From Candidatus Woesearchaeota archaeon (GTDB lineage Archaea > Nanobdellota > Nanobdellia > Pacearchaeales > GW2011-AR1), in NCBI GenBank assembly GCA_964581415.1, contig CAZOOJ010000022.1, forward strand, positions 1-15,235: a stretch of 15,235 nucleotides of DNA, read 5' to 3'. Below are positions 7,038 through 12,868 of the stretch, in pieces (position 1 is the first letter of the stretch; each line of letters starts with the position of its first letter). The notes beneath the pieces were generated by a model. The model was not told the origin of the DNA and did not search any database. It saw only the letters and a list, made by a program, of their open reading frames with translations. A program made the position numbers and the translations under genes.

Positions 7038-7224
7038 TCTGAGGAATAATAGAAAAGACTATTAATAAAAATTGTTGTAATAAAAATAAGAAAAGATTTT
7101 TTAGAGTTTCTTTTAAACTATAAATAAAGGGGTGAAATTGAATCTTTTTCTTTTAATATAATTTAAGTTTCAGTGATAATTGAAATAAAATCAGAAGTTT
7201 TTAAGAATTATTATACTCTATTGG

Positions 7225-7488
7225 TTATTTTAATCTCTTAAATTCATTAAGAGTTTTATCTAAATCTTTCTCAATTAAAGAAATAGCATCGTTAACTGCT
7301 TTTTTAGCAGTTTTGCCTTTTGTTTTAATTTTTAAAATTGGTTCTTTAGTAGGATGCTCTCTTTTCCATGCTGCAAAAGTTACATTTGAATCTTTATTAA
7401 GATAAACTCTTAAAATTTCTGCTATAGTTAAACTTTCAATTTCAATTTCAATTTCTTCTTTTGAATTATTTAAAATTTTAATTTCCAT
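7225..7488 (-). CDS. rpoL: DNA-directed RNA polymerase subunit L (Rpo11)
   Basis: MEIKILNNSKEEIEIEIE....VTFAAWKREHP...ILKIKTKG..AKKAVNDAI aligns by eye with Sulfolobus Rpo11 ([27 protein letters not shown]...VSFASYYQPHP...IVKILTDG...). The usual EDHTL block appears here as ESLTI. Confidence 0.8.
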   Translation of the reverse strand: MEIKILNNSKEEIEIEIESLTIAEILRVYLNKDSNVTFAAWKREHPTKEPILKIKTKGKTAKKAVNDAISLIEKDLDKTLNEFKRLK

Positions 7489-7561
7489 ATTAGATTAGAA
7501 TAAAATTAATTTAAAAAGATTGTGATTGCGTTATATTAAAAAAATTTACTTAATAATAGAA

Positions 7562-7882
7562 TTAACATTCAATTTGAATTCCTCTTTCTTTAAGATATTC
7601 ACAGACTTTTTCATTAAGCTGAAAAAGTCTTTCTTCTCCAGTTTCATCTCTTATTTCTCTTTTTACTCCATAGGGTATTTTATTTCTTATTCTAGCTTCA
7701 CTTGGAAGTTTCTTAAGATAATCTACTAATATTTCAAGGATATTTCCTATAGGTTTCTCATATAACTTTCCTTTTATTTCTTCAAAAAGAGAATAACTAC
7801 TAAAAGAGCCTATTTTATTTTCTTTTTCATCTATTACTTCAATTATCCTATTAACTGGATAAACAATTTTAGATAGACTCAT
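7562..7882 (-). CDS. hypothetical protein (106 aa), translationally coupled to the upstream Zn-ribbon/HTH gene
   Basis: It has an ATGA overlap with the upstream CDS (7879-7882). No motif is recognised. The antisense ORF 7526-7729 is low-complexity and is rejected. Confidence 0.6.
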   Translation of the reverse strand: MSLSKIVYPVNRIIEVIDEKENKIGSFSSYSLFEEIKGKLYEKPIGNILEILVDYLKKLPSEARIRNKIPYGVKREIRDETGEERLFQLNEKVCEYLKERGIQIEC

Positions 7883-8565
7883 TTTCCAAAAATTATTTTA
7901 TCTATATCTTTTTGAGATAAATCTCCTTTGCTTTTTTTATTTTTTTCTGTATTTCTCTGAATAAATTCTGGATTATTTTCGTTTTTTTCAGCTTCTTTAT
8001 TAAACTCAGATTCCTCTAAAATTCCTCTCTCTTTCTTATTTTTCATTTCTTGCAAATCAGAAATTGTTAAACTTCTTGTTGTTAAAGAATCAAAACCTAA
8101 TTTTTTATCCTGCTCTTCTATTCTTTTTCTTGCTTCTTTATTAAACAATCTTATACTTAAAATATCTTCAATTTTTTTTATGAAATCCCTGTAATCAGCT
8201 GGAAGAAAACCTTTTTCAGCAGATTTTATGATTTTTTCACTTTCTCCTATTTCTTTTCCTAATTGCTCTTGAGTCATATGCTTAATTCTTCTTGCTCTCA
8301 TAATGATCCAATGGAAATTGTCAATCAAATCTGCAAACTCTCTTCTAGATTCATTAGCAACAACTCTGCTGTCTACAATTTTTCTTAGATTGCTCTCCTG
8401 ATTTTTTAATGCTGGTTTTTTCTCAAATTCATAAGTCTTTTTAATCACAGGTATTCCTTCTTCAGAAGCACATTTCTCACAAATCTTTATGATTCCTTCA
8501 TTAGAAATTGCATCAAACAATCTGACTTCATTATCTTCAGCACCACATTTAGAGCATTTTGCCAT
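7879..8565 (-). CDS. zinc-ribbon + Cro/C1 (XRE) HTH protein, archaeal MBF1-like, with a ~90-aa charged C-terminal extension
   Basis: The N-terminus carries CSKC-x21-CEKC. The central region IIMRARRIKHMTQEQLGKEIGESEKIIKSAEKGFLP is a typical XRE-type HTH, and LSIRL follows it as in aMBF1. Residues ~143-228 form a Lys/Glu/Asn-rich tail that I do not recall in canonical aMBF1. Confidence 0.65.
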   Translation of the reverse strand: MAKCSKCGAEDNEVRLFDAISNEGIIKICEKCASEEGIPVIKKTYEFEKKPALKNQESNLRKIVDSRVVANESRREFADLIDNFHWIIMRARRIKHMTQEQLGKEIGESEKIIKSAEKGFLPADYRDFIKKIEDILSIRLFNKEARKRIEEQDKKLGFDSLTTRSLTISDLQEMKNKKERGILEESEFNKEAEKNENNPEFIQRNTEKNKKSKGDLSQKDIDKIIFGK

Positions 8566-8618
8566 AGAATATTCATAAAACTAGGTTTTTTTAATATTTA
8601 TATCTTAGAAAGATGATG

Positions 8619-9272
8619 TTAATTTAAATATTTTTCAACATCTTCCATAGAATTTAGTTCTATAATTTTTATGTTTTCATTAATTAAAAGAACAGGTAGT
8701 TTATCTATTTCATATTCTTTAATCAAGAGTTCAATTGAAGGCAAATCATTATCTGCTGCTATTGGAATAAGTATAATCTTATTTCCATATCTCATTTTTA
8801 ATTCTTCAAGCAATTTAGAAAAGAATCTCTGTTTTGCTTCTTGTTCTAAAGTAGGTTCATTATATTTATAAAAATAAACAATATTAGAGTAATTTGAATT
8901 GCATTTTTCTTTTATTCTTATGCTATTCATCCAGAGAAGAGTCCTCATTAAATCATATCTTTTATGAAGCTGAATTATCTCCTTATTAATTCTGCTCGCT
9001 TTTTCATATCTATCTATTTTAAGAGCATCTTCATAGATTCTATCTGCAAATTTTATATTTTCCTCAACTAAATTATCACAATCTAGACTCACTGTTTCAA
9101 AAATTCTTTCTTGAACTTTCTGATCTAAAAGATTTCTCTCAGAATTAGAATACCAATCAGAGACTTTATTAATTCTAGAAGACTCTAACATATATCCCAT
9201 AAAAATTCCAAGATTAAAGACTATTATAGTAATTATCAAAGCATATAAAAAGTTGTATTTTTGGCTTTTCAT
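8619..9272 (-). CDS. membrane-anchored protein with a C-terminal thioredoxin-like fold that lacks CxxC
   Basis: The N-terminal TM segment is FLYALIITIIVFNLGIFMGYML. The C-terminal ~90 aa (IVYFYKYNEPTLEQEAKQRF...IILIPIAADND...EYEIDKLPVLLINENIKIIEL...VEKYL) follow the thioredoxin beta-alpha-beta order, including a cis-Pro-like LPVLL. Where CxxC would sit, the sequence reads NEPT. The ATG is 1 nt after the GT2 stop. Confidence 0.6.
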   Translation of the reverse strand: MKSQKYNFLYALIITIIVFNLGIFMGYMLESSRINKVSDWYSNSERNLLDQKVQERIFETVSLDCDNLVEENIKFADRIYEDALKIDRYEKASRINKEIIQLHKRYDLMRTLLWMNSIRIKEKCNSNYSNIVYFYKYNEPTLEQEAKQRFFSKLLEELKMRYGNKIILIPIAADNDLPSIELLIKEYEIDKLPVLLINENIKIIELNSMEDVEKYLN

Positions 9273-9273
9273 T

Positions 9274-10503
9274 TTATCTCCATTTAGTTCCTCCTTTAAT
9301 AAAATTATACACTGCTGATATCATTATAAAAGGATATATTGAAAGATAAAATAAAAAATAAAAGAACATATTAAAAATGTTTCTCTTAGTTAAAACTTTT
9401 GCTTTTAGAATCCATAGAGCCATCAAAGTAAAACACACTCCTAAAAAGAAAAGTATCACTCCCAAATAATTAAGAAAACTTGGAGTAATCATAAAATCAT
9501 TCATAGTTACTAAGGGAGTTCCAACCTCTATTGAATACTGAGTATAAAGGAAGTTACTTATGATTCTAGTGGTGAGCAGATAAAAAAAGATGCTTAAACC
9601 TATTAAACCTAAAAACAATTGCATAACAAAGAAAGGAAGAATAAAAAATCCAAGCATTTCTTTTTTTCCTAAACATTTTTTGTACTTTGAAATACATTGC
9701 AAACCTCCTATGTTCCATCTTCTTCTCTGTCTATACCATGCTTTTAGTTTATTAGGCACAGTTGTTGTTGCTTTAGTAGCAAGACACATTCTTCTTTGAT
9801 AACCCTCATAAGCAAGATGCCATGTAGCCTCAATATCTTCAGTCATATTATTTGTATCAAATCCTCCAATTTTTTCTAGAGCCTCTCTTCGATATAATGC
9901 TAAAGGTCCAGGAGTTACATAAATTGCATCAACATAATCAAGCAACTTTCTAGTAAATGCAATAACATTATACTCTATGGCTTGTATTTTCTCAATAAAT
10001 TTTTTATTATTTCTAGGAACAAATATGCATGTAACAGCGCCTACTTTTTTATCATCAAAAAAACCCACCATTTTTTTAATAGAGTCTTTTAAAGGATAAC
10101 TATCTGCATCAACAACTCCAAATATCTCTGAATTCACTTTTTTTAATCCAAAATTTAAAGCACCTGCCTTGCTTCCTTCATTTTTCTTAGTATAAACTCT
10201 GACTTTCTCGTATTTTTTTTCCAATTTCTTAGCGATTTTGTATGTGTCATCAGAAGAGCCGTCATCAACAACAATCACTTCTTTTAAATAGAGGTAATCA
10301 CTTTTCAAAATCTGTTCTACTGTATCTTTTATAGTTTTTTCTTCATTAAAAGCAGGAACAACAATAGAAACAGAATATTTATTATTTGTTTTTGGATAAT
10401 CAAAAATATCCTTTTTATTTCTAAAATATAGTAGAATAAATAATGATAAAAAATAAATTGAAATAAACATATATCCAAGATAAATTATAGGCAAAGTTTC
10501 CAT
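9274..10503 (-). CDS. integral-membrane family-2 glycosyltransferase, processive beta-glycan synthase type (PgaC/IcaA/NodC-like)
   Basis: The motifs are SIVVPAFNEE, VVDDGSSDDT, VVDADS (DxD), TEDIE and QRRRW (nt 9715-9729), which together form the D,D,D,QxxRW signature. There is one N-terminal hydrophobic segment and several C-terminal ones. At 409 aa it is similar in size to IcaA and PgaC. Confidence 0.88.
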   Translation of the reverse strand: METLPIIYLGYMFISIYFLSLFILLYFRNKKDIFDYPKTNNKYSVSIVVPAFNEEKTIKDTVEQILKSDYLYLKEVIVVDDGSSDDTYKIAKKLEKKYEKVRVYTKKNEGSKAGALNFGLKKVNSEIFGVVDADSYPLKDSIKKMVGFFDDKKVGAVTCIFVPRNNKKFIEKIQAIEYNVIAFTRKLLDYVDAIYVTPGPLALYRREALEKIGGFDTNNMTEDIEATWHLAYEGYQRRMCLATKATTTVPNKLKAWYRQRRRWNIGGLQCISKYKKCLGKKEMLGFFILPFFVMQLFLGLIGLSIFFYLLTTRIISNFLYTQYSIEVGTPLVTMNDFMITPSFLNYLGVILFFLGVCFTLMALWILKAKVLTKRNIFNMFFYFLFYLSIYPFIMISAVYNFIKGGTKWR

Positions 10504-10526
10504 CTTATTATCAAGATATAATATTT

Positions 10527-11048
10527 TTAAAGATTCTCGTTCTCTCTAACATTAAAATAATCATAAAATTCATCGCATAAAGAAAGTTCAGATGTATGTC
10601 CTAATTTCTTTTTTTTAAGTAATCCTAAATTCATAAATTTTTTTATGTGCTCATAAGCTTTGTTTCCTCTAATTTTAATGATTATTGATTGTTTTATTGG
10701 TTGTTTGTAAGCAATCATTGCTAAAGTTTCCTGCTCTGCTTTTGAAAATTCAGAACTTCCTCCTGCTAATTTATTAACAAAATGAGAATATTCTTGTCTA
10801 ACATCCATTTTCCACATTTCATTATCATTTTCTCCTTTAGAAATAATTTCAATTGCTGAATTTTGGTCGTTATATTTTTCTTTAAGTTGATTTATTAGTT
10901 CTCTTATTATAATTGAATTTAAATTACTTAAAGAGATTAATTCCTGCATTGACAAAAATCTTCCAGAAACAAAAAGAATTGCTTCTATTTTTCTTATATC
11001 CTCTTTTTCTTTCGCCTCATCAAGTTCATCTAGAGTCTCTTTTTTCAT
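10527..11048 (-). CDS. scpB: segregation and condensation protein B (ScpB)
   Basis: IEAILFVSGRFLSMQELISL is the ScpB N-terminal wHTH signature. The second wHTH, SKAEQETLAMIAYKQPIKQSIIIKIRG, matches the S.aalEtLAiIAY.QPit...i..iRG block. Confidence 0.8.
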   Translation of the reverse strand: MKKETLDELDEAKEKEDIRKIEAILFVSGRFLSMQELISLSNLNSIIIRELINQLKEKYNDQNSAIEIISKGENDNEMWKMDVRQEYSHFVNKLAGGSSEFSKAEQETLAMIAYKQPIKQSIIIKIRGNKAYEHIKKFMNLGLLKKKKLGHTSELSLCDEFYDYFNVRENENL

Positions 11049-11069
11049 GAATTAAAAAAAGAGATATCA

Positions 11070-11077
11070 TTTATAAG
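11070..11077. promoter_or_regulatory. single TATA-like element (TTTATAAG / CTTATAAA) shared by divergent scpB and DUF2334 genes
   Basis: It sits in a 43-bp divergent spacer. Its centre is about 25 nt from the scpB ATG (11048) and about 25 nt from the second ATG of the plus-strand gene (11098). Confidence 0.35.
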
Positions 11078-11091
11078 TATTATCTCCTTAT

Positions 11092-11604
11092 ATGATTATG
11101 AAAAGAAAAGGGGCTATTCTATTGATAATTATAATCTCTTTGATTATTTCATTATTCTTAATCAGAGCAATATCTAAAAAAGAAATAGATGATGTCTCTC
11201 CAAAAATTCCTTGCTCAGAGGAATATCTAAAAAAAAGTGATATTCTATGGATAATTCCTAAATTTCAAGGAGAACCTATTTCAAAAGATAAAGAATGGTG
11301 TGATTATATTTTAAATTTAAACAAAACTTTAGGATTACATGGTGTCTTCCATGAATTCGAAGAATTTAATTCAAATAGAAATTCAAGTTATCTAGAAGAG
11401 GGAATATATATCTTTGAGAAGTGTTTGAAATTTAAACCAGAAATATTCAAACCACCACAATTAGAAATATCAGATGAAAATAAAAAGTTGATAAAAAACA
11501 ATAATCTAAAATTAAAAGGAAGATTTAATCAGATTATTCACAAGGTTTATCATTGTGATGATTCTCAAGCAATATTTCCTAATTGGTTTATAGATATCTT
11601 TTAA
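11092..11604 (+). CDS. membrane-anchored DUF2334-like protein (predicted polysaccharide deacetylase superfamily), short form
   Basis: The signal-anchor is LLIIIISLIISLFLI. IDDVSP, LGLHGVFHEFEEF and FKPPQLEIS resemble the DUF2334 blocks (DDvsP, hGy.H...gEF, FvpP.w.ls). The second ATG at 11098 (MKRKG...) fits the promoter geometry better than 11092. Confidence 0.5.
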   Translation: MIMKRKGAILLIIIISLIISLFLIRAISKKEIDDVSPKIPCSEEYLKKSDILWIIPKFQGEPISKDKEWCDYILNLNKTLGLHGVFHEFEEFNSNRNSSYLEEGIYIFEKCLKFKPEIFKPPQLEISDENKKLIKNNNLKLKGRFNQIIHKVYHCDDSQAIFPNWFIDIF

Positions 11605-11662
11605 TATAATTTATTAACCATATAGAATTTATGAAAAATATAGGATTATATTACTAAAGTTT

Positions 11663-12751
11663 CTAAACTTCAAATCTCAAAATAGCTCCAATTCCTCCTA
11701 GATTCCAAAATTGCTGTCCTTCTTCTGTTTCTACTGAAACTATCTCTATTTCTGAACTTATATTTTCTGCAATATCTCTTAATTCTTTAGAAATTTTTTT
11801 GTTAGTTTTCCTAGAAAGTATAAGAGTATCTACAGCACCATATTCCAAAGCATGTCTTGTATCTTGCTCTTTTAAAGCTGCTTTTTCAGGATTTTCTCCT
11901 AAAGTTTTGAAAAATCTTTCTAAAACTTTTTTCTCGTGAATAATTTCCTGCTGAGACAGAATATCCTGCGATTTAGCAACAAGTTCTTTTAAACCAGATT
12001 CGTCACTTCCTCCAATATCTTTTCTTCCAATAATTTTTTCTTTAAGTTTTGTCACTAAATAATCTCCATCTAAAAACTCATCTTTTGTAGGAACAGGCCC
12101 TCCGACTATAATTCCTTTTAATTTATTGTTATCAAAAAAACATTTTTTCATCTCATCTGCAATTCTTTTATAAAACTCTTTAGTTAAACCTTCTATAATT
12201 CTGCTAAATCTTTGAGAACTCTGTCCTCCAGCTCTAATCTGGCTTGGAATTCCTGAAGTCATTTTATGAAGAACTTCTATTCTCTTTCCTTCTAAAAACC
12301 CTATTGTAGCTTCCTTTCTATCCAGAACTACTAATCCAAAAATTTCTGAAACCTCTAGCATTTCTTTTAATGATTCTAAAATAAATTCCTTATCACATCT
12401 ATAGAGTCTGGTTTTAAGAGGCATAGGAGGTTCAATTTCCCATAGTTGCAAATCACTCTGTCCTTCAAATTTTGAAATATTTCCACAAAAAACAGCCAAT
12501 CCATTTTCAGGAGTTTTCTTTAGACTTTTTAAATATCTAACAATTTTCTCAAGAGCATCAATAACATTTTTTCTAGTAGTAGCAGATTTTATATTCTTAG
12601 CAGTAGATTTTTCTGCTTCGAGCTGTTTTTGAACTGAATTTACATCATAACCAGAAGGTATATAGACGCTAACTAACTCCGTGTGCCTTCCTTTATGGAA
12701 TTCTAAGACTTCAAGAATATCTTCAAGTTCTAATTTTGTTAATTTAGTCAT
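11663..12751 (-). CDS. prf1: peptide chain release factor aRF1
   Basis: The NIKS stop-codon recognition motif (TAKNIKSATTRKN) and the GGQ peptidyl-hydrolysis motif (RAGGQSSQRFSRI) occur in the correct order and with the correct spacing. Confidence 0.9.
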   Translation of the reverse strand: MTKLTKLELEDILEVLEFHKGRHTELVSVYIPSGYDVNSVQKQLEAEKSTAKNIKSATTRKNVIDALEKIVRYLKSLKKTPENGLAVFCGNISKFEGQSDLQLWEIEPPMPLKTRLYRCDKEFILESLKEMLEVSEIFGLVVLDRKEATIGFLEGKRIEVLHKMTSGIPSQIRAGGQSSQRFSRIIEGLTKEFYKRIADEMKKCFFDNNKLKGIIVGGPVPTKDEFLDGDYLVTKLKEKIIGRKDIGGSDESGLKELVAKSQDILSQQEIIHEKKVLERFFKTLGENPEKAALKEQDTRHALEYGAVDTLILSRKTNKKISKELRDIAENISSEIEIVSVETEEGQQFWNLGGIGAILRFEV

Positions 12752-12859
12752 AATAAGTAAAGAAAAAAAGAGTTTTTAAAATTAGAGATTAATTTATATA
12801 ATAAGTTTAAAAGTTTTATACTCAAGCAAAGCAGGAAATTTTAGCATATTTTATATTTT

Positions 12860-12867
12860 AAAAAAAA
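12860..12867 (-). terminator. T8 tract 1 nt after the valS stop codon
   Basis: The plus strand shows A8 at 12860-12867, which is T8 on the coding strand, immediately after TAG (12869-12871). The candidate aRF1 promoter region follows it. Confidence 0.4.
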
Positions 12868-12868
12868 T

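Noticed and set aside
7436-7456. Tandem hexamer TTCAAT x3.5 within rpoL
   Set aside because: It simply encodes the EIEIEIE stretch of the Rpo11 N-terminal strand. It is too short to be a meaningful microsatellite or regulatory repeat.
7526-7729. 67-aa plus-strand ORF overlapping the 106-aa minus-strand gene
   Set aside because: It is a low-complexity F/S/I/Y-rich translation with no start-site signals. The minus-strand ORF is translationally coupled to its upstream gene and is the better model.
8671-8871. 66-aa plus-strand ORF antisense to the 217-aa membrane protein gene
   Set aside because: It is an antisense shadow ORF with a Ser/Ile/Leu-rich low-complexity product and no independent signals.
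9590-9799. 69-aa plus-strand ORF antisense to the GT2 gene
   Set aside because: It lies opposite the QRRRW-encoding part of a confidently identified glycosyltransferase, so it is a shadow ORF.
10205-10220. Homopolymer T8/A8 runs inside coding regions (for example in the GT2 gene) as possible phase-variation switches
   Set aside because: Such runs occur throughout every gene in this AT- and Lys-rich genome, so they are not specifically enriched in surface-related genes.
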